NCBI GenBank assembly: GCA_016181305.1
Contig: JACOZN010000013.1
Coordinates: forward strand, 1 to 64,000
DNA from: Candidatus Woesearchaeota archaeon
GTDB taxonomy: Archaea > Nanobdellota > Nanobdellia > Woesearchaeales > GW2011-AR4
Length of the DNA: 64,000 bases
Direction: 5' to 3'
The notes below the pieces were generated by a model. It searched no databases, was not told where the DNA came from, and worked only from the letters and a program-made list of their open reading frames with translations. Below, one piece after another: positions 36,101 through 45,420 of this stretch (its first letter is position 1; each line of letters begins with the position of its first letter). The translations under genes and the position numbers were made by a program.

Positions 36101-36370
36101 CTATTTTTGACTAGCCTTATCTTTGTATTTCCTTGCCAATTCATGCCCTTTTTGGGTAAGCTCAGCTTCAAAATAATATTTCCCGTTTTTCGCATGGTGC
36201 TCCTTTTTTTCCACCTTGACAAAGCCGTAGTCTTCCAATTCTTTGATGTTGTTTTTGACGGAATCATAATTTGTGCTTAACTTAGTCTGTATCTTCGTGT
36301 AAGAAGCCCTTTTTTCCCTCAGCACCAGAATTATGTCTTTTTTAATTTCATATGATGTTTTCTTAGCCAT
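36101..36370 (-). CDS. winged-helix DNA-binding protein
   Basis: IILVLRE..ASYTKIQTKL..NYDSVKNNIKELEDYGFV. Confidence 0.85.
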   Translation of the reverse strand: MAKKTSYEIKKDIILVLREKRASYTKIQTKLSTNYDSVKNNIKELEDYGFVKVEKKEHHAKNGKYYFEAELTQKGHELARKYKDKASQK

Positions 36371-36430
36371 CCTACATCATTGTAGTAAGTTTTAAATATA
36401 ACCCTTCCTCACAACTTTGTAGGGTGTAAA

Positions 36431-37108
36431 ATGAAACACGCCAAAAAGCCAAAATTACCTAAAAAACAAATTGAACCAAGAAATAGGATAACTAAATTGC
36501 TATCATTAGAATTTGTGAAATCATTCTACTATAAATGGAAACATATTTTACTGAGATTTTTTAATATCACTCTTAATAATAAAGCACAACATAACTACTG
36601 GAAACATATGAACACAACACAATACATGAAAAAAGAGAATTACTGCAAAGACTATCATACCCACTATAAGTTATGGGATGATTTAATGGAAAATGTCAGT
36701 CTAAAAGGCTTATTTGGATATGACTATGGGTGCGGGGGAGGCATTTTCAGCAAAAGGTTATCAGACAAAGGCGCAAAAGTCATTGGTGTTGATTATGCTG
36801 CAAATAAAAACTATGAATATCCCTTTATAAGTGAGGATATCACTAAGTTTATAGTAAAAAAGAAGGCGGACTTTGTAAACTGCTGCAGGGTTCTTTCCCA
36901 TATAGAGCATCGCAATCAAGACAAAACATTAGAAAATATAAAACAAAATCTAAAAAAGAGAGGATTATTCATACTGCTGGAATCTGAAAGGGGCATATCA
37001 AAATATGGGCATTATAGGGACTGGAAGAACTGTCTGATATTTCATGGTTTTAAGATAAAAGGATTTTTGTCAGATGGGGTAATGCACTGTATCTTAGCTG
37101 AAAAATAA
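36431..37108 (+). CDS. class I SAM-dependent methyltransferase
   Basis: YDYGCGGG, VIGVD and LKKRGLFIL; AT-rich. Confidence 0.85.
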   Translation: MKHAKKPKLPKKQIEPRNRITKLLSLEFVKSFYYKWKHILLRFFNITLNNKAQHNYWKHMNTTQYMKKENYCKDYHTHYKLWDDLMENVSLKGLFGYDYGCGGGIFSKRLSDKGAKVIGVDYAANKNYEYPFISEDITKFIVKKKADFVNCCRVLSHIEHRNQDKTLENIKQNLKKRGLFILLESERGISKYGHYRDWKNCLIFHGFKIKGFLSDGVMHCILAEK

Positions 37109-37234
37109 TTTATGATATAAATCTACTACTTTTTATCACAATCCTCTTTTTCTTATTCAGCGGTTTTATAAATATATGGAAAGATTTATAATCAAACTTA
37201 TTACTACAAGCTTATAAGGGGTGGAGTTAACTAA

Positions 37235-38395
37235 ATGAAATATCTTAGCATTTTAGGCAGCACAGGCAGCATCGGCACACAAACTCTGGAAATAATAAGG
37301 CAGTTTCCAAATGAGTTCAAGATAGTTGGCCTGACAGCAAACAAGAATTCTGAATTGCTGCTGAAGCAAATAAAGGAGTTCAAGCCAAAGGCAGCTGCAA
37401 TAATGGACAAAAGCAAAGTAGATGATTTGCTGAATTTCTCGCCCTGCCAGGTTTATTCAGGAATTGAAGGATTAAATAGAATTGCAGCATTAAGCGAGGC
37501 TGACACTATAGTAAATGCTCTGGTTGGAAGCATAGGAATCGAGCCAACTCATAATGCAATAAAAGCAAAGAAAAACATTGCATTGGCAAACAAGGAAACT
37601 TTGGTTGCAGCAGGCTCTGTAATCATGGAAGAAGCCAAGAAAAACAATATTGAATTTATGCCGATTGACTCTGAGCACAGCGCTATATTTCAGTGTCTGA
37701 ACGGAGAAAATGTAAAAGAAGTAAATAATATAACAATAACATGTTCTGGAGGCCCATTTAAAAATTACACAAAAGAGCAGATGGAAAATGTTAACGTGCA
37801 GGACGCATTAAGCCACCCAACATGGAGCATGGGCAATAAAATAACAATTGACTCTGCAACCTTGATGAACAAGGGCTTTGAAGTGATAGAAGCTCATTGG
37901 CTTTATGACATTGAATATGAGAAAATAAAAGTTGTGATTCATCCACAGAGCATTGTGCATTCCCTTATTGAGTTTGCTGATAAATCAGTCATTGCGCAGC
38001 TTGGCATTCCTGATATGAAAATTCCAATACAATATGCTTTAAGCTACCCAAAAAGATTCCACAGTAGCAATCCGCAGCTTGATTTGGTGAAAATAAAAAC
38101 TCTGGAATTCAAAGAGCCTGATTTTGATATGTTTCCGTGCCTGAAATACGCCTATGAAGCTGGAATAAAAGGGGGAACTTTGCCTGCTGTGATGAATGCC
38201 GCAAATGAAGCTGCCGTTCATGCTTTCTTAGCCAACAAAATAAGGTTCTTGGACATTCCAAGGCTGATTAGAAAAATGATGGATGAGTCTAGTCCAATGC
38301 AAAACCCGACACTAAATGATATTCTTGAAGTTGACAGAAAAACAAAAGAGGAAACTAACAAGCTAATCGAAGAAGAAATGGTTGTTGAGCATTAA
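37235..38395 (+). CDS. dxr: 1-deoxy-D-xylulose-5-phosphate reductoisomerase
   Basis: ILGSTGSIGTQTL, LANKETLV, PIDSEHSAIFQ and HPTWSMGNKITIDSATLMNKG. Confidence 0.98.
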   Translation: MKYLSILGSTGSIGTQTLEIIRQFPNEFKIVGLTANKNSELLLKQIKEFKPKAAAIMDKSKVDDLLNFSPCQVYSGIEGLNRIAALSEADTIVNALVGSIGIEPTHNAIKAKKNIALANKETLVAAGSVIMEEAKKNNIEFMPIDSEHSAIFQCLNGENVKEVNNITITCSGGPFKNYTKEQMENVNVQDALSHPTWSMGNKITIDSATLMNKGFEVIEAHWLYDIEYEKIKVVIHPQSIVHSLIEFADKSVIAQLGIPDMKIPIQYALSYPKRFHSSNPQLDLVKIKTLEFKEPDFDMFPCLKYAYEAGIKGGTLPAVMNAANEAAVHAFLANKIRFLDIPRLIRKMMDESSPMQNPTLNDILEVDRKTKEETNKLIEEEMVVEH

Positions 38396-38403
38396 TATTA
38401 AGA

Positions 38404-39261
38404 ATGATAAATTCAAATGAGCATCATAAAAGAGTTATTTCTTATTTTAAAGAGTCAAAGCTCGGCTATGACATAGTTCTTGGCGGCTCGAAGCATTTTG
38501 GCTGTTATCCTGATGGCATAAACAATATCAGCGAGAAAAAGGCACAGGAGTTGATGCAGGATTTGCTTGCAAAAGCCCTAAGAATAACAAAGAACCAAAC
38601 AATATTGGATGCAGGATGCGGCCAGGGCGTAGTAAGCACCTATTTGGCAAAAAAATATGGCTGCAGCATAATTGGAATAACCATAGTCCCATTTGAAATA
38701 GGCAAAGCTGAGAGATTGGCTGAAAAATTAGGTGTAAGCTCAAATGTTGAATACCACTTAATGGATTACTCGAATACAGATTTTGAAAATAATAAATTTG
38801 ACTCCGTATATGCAATAGAGTCCTTTGTGCATTCCCCAGATGCTAATTCAACTCTTAAGGAATTCTTCAGAATTTTAAAGCCCGGCGGAAGATTGGCCAT
38901 TTTTGATTATACTATATCGCACGATAATGAGTTTACAGCTTATGAGAAAAATATATTTAGAATTATAGCGGAGCGCACGGCGATGGGCTCAATAAAAAAC
39001 ATGAGGCATGGCTCATTTGCGGATTTATTAAAAAAAGCAGGCTTTGAATCTATAATCCAAAAAGATATATCCAGAAATGTGCTTCCTTCAATTAAAAGAT
39101 TGACTAAGCTAGCTAAATTTCCATATGTTTTTGTAAATTCCCTTAAGCTGCATAAAAACTTTATAAATGTGACAGCTGCCATTGAAGTTTATAAGCTTGC
39201 AGAAAAGGGCTTATTTAAGTACAATATTTTCACAGCCCAAAAATCAGGTAAAAATATCTAA
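38404..39261 (+). CDS. SAM-dependent methyltransferase of the tocopherol/sterol/RebM-like type
   Basis: KHFGCY, ILDAGCGQG, FDSVYAIES and RILKPGGRLAIFD. Confidence 0.88.
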   Translation: MINSNEHHKRVISYFKESKLGYDIVLGGSKHFGCYPDGINNISEKKAQELMQDLLAKALRITKNQTILDAGCGQGVVSTYLAKKYGCSIIGITIVPFEIGKAERLAEKLGVSSNVEYHLMDYSNTDFENNKFDSVYAIESFVHSPDANSTLKEFFRILKPGGRLAIFDYTISHDNEFTAYEKNIFRIIAERTAMGSIKNMRHGSFADLLKKAGFESIIQKDISRNVLPSIKRLTKLAKFPYVFVNSLKLHKNFINVTAAIEVYKLAEKGLFKYNIFTAQKSGKNI

Positions 39262-39263
39262 AA

Positions 39264-40412
39264 ATGAACTTTGCAATCATTGTTGCTGCGGGCAAGAGCA
39301 AAAGGATGGGGAAAAGCATTAACAAATTATTTCTTCCATTGTTAAATAAGCCTATGATTTATTACACTATTAAAAATTTTCAGGAATGCAATTTAGTTGT
39401 GGCACAAAAAAATTACATTAAAAAAATCAATGAAATAAAGCAGGAATGTCATTTTAACAAGATTAAAAAAATTGCTGAAGGCGGCAGAGAGAGGCAGGAT
39501 TCTGTTTATAACGGATTGATTTCTATCAAAAATGCTAAAAATGATGACGTTATTGTCGTGCACAATGGAAGCAACCCTTTAGTTAAGGAAAACGAAATTA
39601 TAGGATGCATAAATGCTGCAAAAAAATATGGCGCAGCAGTTTCAGGATTCCAATTGAAGGACACAATCAAAAAAATAAGAAATGATTTTATTGAGAAAAC
39701 AATTGACAGAAAAAATGTGTACCAAGTGCAAACTCCCCAGACAATCCGGTACGGGCTGTTTATTGAAGCTTTCAAAAATGCAAAAAAGAAAAATCTTAAA
39801 GTTACCGATGATGTTTCTTTGGTTGAGGCTCTTGGCAAAAAAGTCAAAATCGTACCATGCTCTTACGAAAATATAAAAATTACAACTTATGAAGACTTGA
39901 AAATTGCAGAGGCAATTCTGGCGAAAAGGAACAATGCTGGGTTTAGGATAGGCTTCGGGCAGGACAGCCATAAATTCTCAAAAAATAAAAATAAAAAGCT
40001 TGTTTTAGGCGGCTGTATTTTGCTAGATGAAACGGGGTTGGAGGCAAACTCAGATGGAGATGTTGTTTTGCACGCATTGTTCAATGCAGTAAGCACTGCA
40101 ATTGGAGAGAGAAGCCTTGGCTATTACTCTGATGAAATGTGCAGAAAAGGCATTACTGACAGCAAAGAGTACCTGAAAGTGATTTTGGATAAATTAAAGC
40201 AAAAAAATATGGAATTGAATAATGTCAGCATCATGATAGAGGCAGGCAAGCCAAAATTAGAAAAATATACGGATAAAATTAAAAACTCATTGTCTAAAAT
40301 ATTAAAGCTTGAAAAAGAAAGGATTGGAATTGCCTACACTTCAGGGGAAAAGCTAACTGCTTTCGGGAGAGGCGAGGGGATTCAGGGGTTTGCTGTGGTG
40401 AGTTTGGGTTAA
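39264..40412 (+). CDS. ispDF: bifunctional IspD/IspF
   Basis: IspD: AAGKSKRM, GGRERQDSV, QVQTPQ, TDD and NIKITT. IspF: RIGFGQDSH, NSDGDVVLHA and TSGEKL..FGRGEGI. Confidence 0.95.
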   Translation: MNFAIIVAAGKSKRMGKSINKLFLPLLNKPMIYYTIKNFQECNLVVAQKNYIKKINEIKQECHFNKIKKIAEGGRERQDSVYNGLISIKNAKNDDVIVVHNGSNPLVKENEIIGCINAAKKYGAAVSGFQLKDTIKKIRNDFIEKTIDRKNVYQVQTPQTIRYGLFIEAFKNAKKKNLKVTDDVSLVEALGKKVKIVPCSYENIKITTYEDLKIAEAILAKRNNAGFRIGFGQDSHKFSKNKNKKLVLGGCILLDETGLEANSDGDVVLHALFNAVSTAIGERSLGYYSDEMCRKGITDSKEYLKVILDKLKQKNMELNNVSIMIEAGKPKLEKYTDKIKNSLSKILKLEKERIGIAYTSGEKLTAFGRGEGIQGFAVVSLG

Positions 40413-40753
40413 AATGTTTGTTTTGTTATTATTGTTCCTTGCGAATCATACATTTCAGTATCTGGATTAAAGTACAAACCAGAAAGACTCAGCATATCAG
40501 CTATATTGGCTACTGCAGCCCCTAACAAACTTTTACCATCATCATATTTTTGAGGGTCAGGTCCCCTAACCCCAGTTTTTGTTATTTCATATCGTGCTAA
40601 TACTTGCTGTGATTCTGGATTAATAACATGAACTATCGGGAATTTCTTATCTGGCACTGTTTTCGATTCGAGACCACTACTTTGTACCCAACTTTGAATT
40701 TGCTCTGCTAAATTATTAAGATTTTTACTAATATCTGTTTTTCTCTCCTTCAT
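40409..40753 (-). CDS. hypothetical protein
   Basis: 114-aa AT-rich ORF antisense to the MEP genes, preceded by GGAGG. Confidence 0.65.
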   Translation of the reverse strand: MKERKTDISKNLNNLAEQIQSWVQSSGLESKTVPDKKFPIVHVINPESQQVLARYEITKTGVRGPDPQKYDDGKSLLGAAVANIADMLSLSGLYFNPDTEMYDSQGTIITKQTF

Positions 40754-40868
40754 TTTATCTCCTCCCCATAAAATCTTATATATAACTAAAGGTCAACCCT
40801 TTAAAAACCTTTCTCTTTTGCTCTTAAAATCAGCAAATATTAAATACCATTGCTTCTACCTTTTCCTT

Positions 40869-41717
40869 ATGGGAATCCCATCGTATGCCAAAATCAACCT
40901 TTACCTTAAGATAGGCAGGAAAATAAGCTCGGGCTACCACCAAATCCAGTCAGTAATGCAGAAGATAGAGCTTGCAGACAATATCACAATTGAGCCCTTG
41001 ACAGAGGACAAAATAATAGTCGAGTGCACAAACAAGGAGCTTGAAAATGAGAACAACCTTGCATACAAGGCGGCTTTGCTGCTGAAAAAGAAGTTCAAGG
41101 TAAGGCAGGGCGCAAGGATTTTCATAGAGAAGAACGTGCCTATAGAAGCAGGATTGGGGGGCGGAAGCTCTGATGCAGCCACCACCTTGATGAATCTGAG
41201 CAAGCTGTGGAGCCTAAGGCTTAAAGAAAAGCAATTGATTGATTTGGCTGCCCAGCTTGGCTCTGATGTGCCTTTCTTTATAGGGGAAAATGCGGCACTG
41301 GTGGAAGGAATAGGAGACAGGATAAAAAGGATAAAGAAGTCATTCAGCATCAACATAGTGCTTATCAACCCCGGATTCAGGGTTTCGACAAAATGGGCTT
41401 ACAAGGCGTTTGACAAGAACAAGCCCAAGATAAGGACAAAAGCTGACATTAAATCCCTTGTGAAGGCAATAGAAAAAAAGGACATCAAAGAAATAGCAAA
41501 CAACCTGCATAATGACTTCGAGCCGATTGTGGCAAAAAGGTACAAGATTGTTGCAGACATTAAGAACAGCCTGCTGAAGAATGACGCGCTGAATGCGATT
41601 GTCTCAGGCTCAGGACCGACTGTTTTCGGGGTTTTCAACAGCATTTACGAGGCAAGGGAGGCATTTTTCAAGATACAATATGACTATCCGTTCGTTTTTT
41701 TGACAAAAACTATATAA
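40869..41717 (+). CDS. ispE: 4-diphosphocytidyl-2-C-methyl-D-erythritol kinase
   Basis: AKINLYL, GYHQIQSVM, AGLGGGSSDAA, LGSDVPF and SGSGPTVF. Confidence 0.97.
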   Translation: MGIPSYAKINLYLKIGRKISSGYHQIQSVMQKIELADNITIEPLTEDKIIVECTNKELENENNLAYKAALLLKKKFKVRQGARIFIEKNVPIEAGLGGGSSDAATTLMNLSKLWSLRLKEKQLIDLAAQLGSDVPFFIGENAALVEGIGDRIKRIKKSFSINIVLINPGFRVSTKWAYKAFDKNKPKIRTKADIKSLVKAIEKKDIKEIANNLHNDFEPIVAKRYKIVADIKNSLLKNDALNAIVSGSGPTVFGVFNSIYEAREAFFKIQYDYPFVFLTKTI

Positions 41718-41756
41718 TCTGATACATATTAATTTGGCTTGGGGACTTGTTTTAAA

Positions 41757-42680
41757 ATGGAAATAAAGGTTGCAAAGCACGCGGGATTCTGCTTTGGCGT
41801 AAAGAAAGCCATAGAGATCGCAGAGGAAGTTGCGCAAAAAAACAAAGAAAAAACTTATGTCTACGGGCAGCTTGTGCATAACGAGCAGGTAATAAAAGAC
41901 TTAGAGGGAAAAGGAATAGTTTTTGTTGAAAATATCAATGAAATCCCGGAAAATTCGGTCACTGTGCTCAGGGCGCACGGCGAGCCAGGCACAACGTACA
42001 GCATTCTTGGGCAAAAATCAATCGTGAGGGGAAAAAACCTGAATGACGCAACCTGCCCCCTTGTTACCCTGGTGCATAACGTTGCAATCAAGCTGAAGAA
42101 CAGCGGATACGAGGTAATCCTCTTTGGCAAAAGAAACCATCCGGAGGCTATAGGCACGAGCTACCACCTTAAAGGAAAAGACACTTTTATTGTCGAGAAG
42201 CCGGAGCAGGCTGGCATGGCCGCTGATTACATATCCAAAAACAATTTTGAAAAAGTCGCAATAATCTCTCAGACGACAATGTCCGTTTACGGATATAAAA
42301 TGCTGATTGACAATATAAACTCAAAACTGGGCAATGATAAGTTCGAGGAAATACCCTTGAGCCTGAAGGATTTGACAAAAAAATACGGCTATGTTGACAC
42401 AATCTGCAACCCTACAAAGCAGAGGCAAAGCGATACAGACGAGATTGCGAAAGATTCAGAGATTGTAATTGTCATAGGCGGCAAAAACTCGAGCAACTCA
42501 AAAGAGCTTTATGCAAAGTGCAGGGAACTGGGAGTTGAGAGCTATTTCATACAATCAGGGCAGCAATTGCAGAAAGAGTGGTTTAAAGGAAAGGAAAAGA
42601 TTGGAGTTACAGCAGGAGCTTCAACTCCGGATTATCTGATAAATGAGGTTGTGGAGAAGATAAGAGAAATAACAAGTTAA
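41757..42680 (+). CDS. ispH: HMBPP reductase IspH/LytB
   Basis: GFCFGV, LVHN, RAHG, DATCP, HPE, SQTT, DTICN, SSNS and TAGASTP; all three Fe-S Cys present. Confidence 0.97.
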   Translation: MEIKVAKHAGFCFGVKKAIEIAEEVAQKNKEKTYVYGQLVHNEQVIKDLEGKGIVFVENINEIPENSVTVLRAHGEPGTTYSILGQKSIVRGKNLNDATCPLVTLVHNVAIKLKNSGYEVILFGKRNHPEAIGTSYHLKGKDTFIVEKPEQAGMAADYISKNNFEKVAIISQTTMSVYGYKMLIDNINSKLGNDKFEEIPLSLKDLTKKYGYVDTICNPTKQRQSDTDEIAKDSEIVIVIGGKNSSNSKELYAKCRELGVESYFIQSGQQLQKEWFKGKEKIGVTAGASTPDYLINEVVEKIREITS

Positions 42681-42681
42681 A

Positions 42682-43140
42682 TCACTCAGTAGCAAAAAAC
42701 CCAGTCCTTTCAGGGTCAAACTTCCATGCTTCGGAAACTCTCCCTGTCCTTTTGTAGTATTTTACAATCCTTCCTATTTTTGACTCTGTCAGGAGCAGGC
42801 CCCGCTTTGCTGTTTCGTCGTTCTTGTTTGAGTCAAGGTGCTTTTTTATCGCAGCGTACCTCTTGAACAATGAAGTCAGGTCTTCGGGCACTTCTGGAAG
42901 GGCTTTTTTTTCGCCAAGAATTTCGCCTACTGACTTGCCGCATAATGCCGATATGCTCGGGATTCCATAGACATCCCTGAACAGAATCCCAATCTGGGAT
43001 GCAGTCTTGCCTTCCTTGGCAAGCTTTGCTATCAAAAGCTCAACTTCCTTTGCCTTGTACCTTATCCATGAAGGAGCTGTCTTCTTTGCAGGCTTTTTCG
43101 AGCCGTGCTTTCCCCTCTTCCTTGAGTGCATTCTTGCCAT
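42682..43140 (-). CDS. rps15: 30S ribosomal protein S15 (S13e-type)
   Basis: MARMHSRKRGKHGS, PEDL and LTESKI. Confidence 0.97.
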   Translation of the reverse strand: MARMHSRKRGKHGSKKPAKKTAPSWIRYKAKEVELLIAKLAKEGKTASQIGILFRDVYGIPSISALCGKSVGEILGEKKALPEVPEDLTSLFKRYAAIKKHLDSNKNDETAKRGLLLTESKIGRIVKYYKRTGRVSEAWKFDPERTGFFATE

Positions 43141-43264
43141 TTTAAGCCAATTTAATTATTTTAAAATCTGGAGAAAACATATTTTCATCCAGTATAGCTG
43201 AGCTTTCACCAAGCTATCTTTATGAATTGGGATAGTTAAATGCTTTATAAATTTATTGTAAAAA

Positions 43265-43409
43265 TAGCCCCGGGCAGATTCGAACTGCCGTCCATGCCTT
43301 TCGTTAGCAACGAAAGACCAGAAAATCTCTGATTTTCGCTGCCTCCAAAGGGCACGATGCTTGACCGCTACATTCCGCAGAATAAATTGCTTTATTCTTC
43401 CACGGGGCT
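43265..43409 (-). tRNA. tRNA-Gln(TTG) with two introns (27 nt at 10/11, 45 nt at 37/38)
   Basis: Acceptor AGCCCCG/CGGGGCT; introns 43373-43399 and 43300-43344, each with BHB-like pairing; spliced length 73 nt. Confidence 0.92.
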
Positions 43410-43473
43410 ATAAAAACGAATCTGCCGAGACTAGGCAAGAGAATTTCCTACTTTGTTTATAAAATTATCCACA

Positions 43474-44091
43474 TCAAGAATACAATTTCAACGCTTCCTC
43501 TTCCATGAAATGCAGCTTGCCGGGCACTATGAGGCAATGGACTGGCTTGCCGAAATTTTGTTTTAACAAATCCTTTGCCATACTGGCTTTTATAATCTGG
43601 CTTTCGCTTCCGAGCCTTGCACAGCCAACGCAAAGAGTTTTTTCCGAGAATATTCTTTCATTTCTCTTTAATTCCACTTTCAGCAAATACCTTATTGCAT
43701 CATTAACGGACATGAATTTTTCTTCATCCGGGTTTAAATCCAGCAAAAACAAAGTATGCAGTCCAAGGCTTGAATTGCCTTTCAGCACATCATACGGAGA
43801 TTCAATGTCCTCATTCTCCAAAGGAATTGAGGTAATTTTGCCGAATTTATACACTTGAAGCCCTGTTATTCCAACAGCGCTTGCAATAGAAGCATTATGC
43901 AAAATATGGCATTTTATGCCCTCTTTTTTCGCCCTTAAGAACAAGTCGATGTGGGTTGTTGCTGCAAACGGGTCTCCAATCACAAGAAAAGCGACATTTT
44001 TTGATTTTGCATTTTCAATGATTTCATTGTTGTCAGCTTCCACTAAGCTTCTTCTTGCAAGAATTATTTTTTTGCTGTAAAGCTTTTCCAA
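43474..44091 (-). pseudogene. dph5: diphthine synthase, N-terminally truncated as assembled
   Basis: GDPFAATTH, LQVYKFG, HTLFLLD and PVHCLIVPG present. The N-terminal LYLIGLGL..YTS segment is missing and the ORF starts at LEKLY. Confidence 0.85.
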
Positions 44092-44129
44092 ACATAAGAA
44101 TAAAGGAGTTAAGTAGTGTTTATAAATTA

Positions 44130-45281
44130 TTAAGCTTCTGTCTGTTGTTTTTGAAGAGCATTTTGTCTGTAAAATTCCCTAATTCTGCCAAAAGCATCGT
44201 TAAATTTTTGAACTTCTCCGGTATTTTGATGCAGTGATGGACTGTTGAACACAGCACTATATACTCCCATCATTAGCGACCTGTATTCCTTGTGAGCTTT
44301 TTCCCAAGGAGTTTTCCTGTTAATTCCAAAAAGAGCAAAATCCTCTTCAGTAGCTGGCTGCACTTTAGCTGAAGTCCCTTCTTTAGGCTCTTTGCTTAAA
44401 TCCGGCACTTCTGTGAAATGTTCCAATCTAAAAATGTCGTAATGACCCAAGCCAAAAATAATTTTATTAAGTGGTGATGATAGGCTATCATACTTCATAC
44501 TTCTTGGAACTTCTCCTGTTGAGGCTGTGTCCATGCCACATTTATGTGATGCATACTCATCCAAAATTTCATGGGGTATTCCTTTTATTTCATAACCTCC
44601 ACCTGTTTCATCATGAAGTCCCATATAATCTAAAACCATCTGTTTAGAACCTAAAATTTGTGCAGCTAGAGCCATATCAACGTAAACATCTCTTAGTAGA
44701 AGTAGCTTATTAAACGCTTCATCTTTTGCTTTTTCTCCTTCTTCAAGAGAATTAATATAGTTTTTGAAAGTCATATGGCCAATATGATTAGCCACACCCG
44801 TTCCTATAACAATAACCTGCTTGGCAAGTTCTTCAAGAGATAACTGCAATTTAGAATATTTTTTATCGTAGTAAGAAAAATTATGCGACTTATATCCTAA
44901 ATAATTCATTGCACCTCTAAATTCGCCAAGCAATTTTGATAATTCAGGAACGTCATTAGAAATAATCATTACATAATCAATTAATCTATCAGGATGCTTA
45001 AGTTCAAGCAAAGCTTTTGGGTCTCTGCTCAGTTTCTCAAATCCTTTCAATCCATATATCAGCCCTTCCTCTTTTTCATGCAGAGCATCAAAAATAGCCA
45101 GCATAATTTTGGGATTGTCTCCATCATAAGGTCCTTCCTGCTTCATATAAGCAATAAGTTGATCTTTTAGCGCGTGAGTGCTTGCCAAGATTTCGAAAAG
45201 TGCTTCGCGACCTTGAAACCTTTTGATTTCTCCCCACGTTGTTTCAGGTCCGAACAAATCATCAATTGAATCAGTTTTCAT
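44130..45281 (-). CDS. hypothetical protein with a C-terminal J-domain-like segment
   Basis: 383 aa, AT-rich; FALFGI....W..AHKEYRSL..........EVQKFNDAF without the HPD motif. Confidence 0.7.
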   Translation of the reverse strand: MKTDSIDDLFGPETTWGEIKRFQGREALFEILASTHALKDQLIAYMKQEGPYDGDNPKIMLAIFDALHEKEEGLIYGLKGFEKLSRDPKALLELKHPDRLIDYVMIISNDVPELSKLLGEFRGAMNYLGYKSHNFSYYDKKYSKLQLSLEELAKQVIVIGTGVANHIGHMTFKNYINSLEEGEKAKDEAFNKLLLLRDVYVDMALAAQILGSKQMVLDYMGLHDETGGGYEIKGIPHEILDEYASHKCGMDTASTGEVPRSMKYDSLSSPLNKIIFGLGHYDIFRLEHFTEVPDLSKEPKEGTSAKVQPATEEDFALFGINRKTPWEKAHKEYRSLMMGVYSAVFNSPSLHQNTGEVQKFNDAFGRIREFYRQNALQKQQTEA

Positions 45282-45420
45282 ATTGATTAGGAATGTAAAT
45301 CATTTTATAAATTTATACGAACAAATACCTTTGATTTATATAAACCAACCTATATTTTTAAACCCAGAAATCTTTATAAATCACTTTATATATAAATATA
45401 AAATTAAGAAAAGATTAATT

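Noticed and set aside
39370-39420. Short deletion in IspD (FQECNL|VVAQK appears to lack an IDEII-like strand)
   Set aside because: This region is variable and I cannot establish a deletion without an alignment.
30942-42680. MEP block as bacterial contamination
   Set aside because: It is continuous with archaeal ribosomal genes on both sides, contains an archaeal-type tRNA and the same dispersed motif found elsewhere in the window, and has similar codon style in dxs, ispE and ispH.
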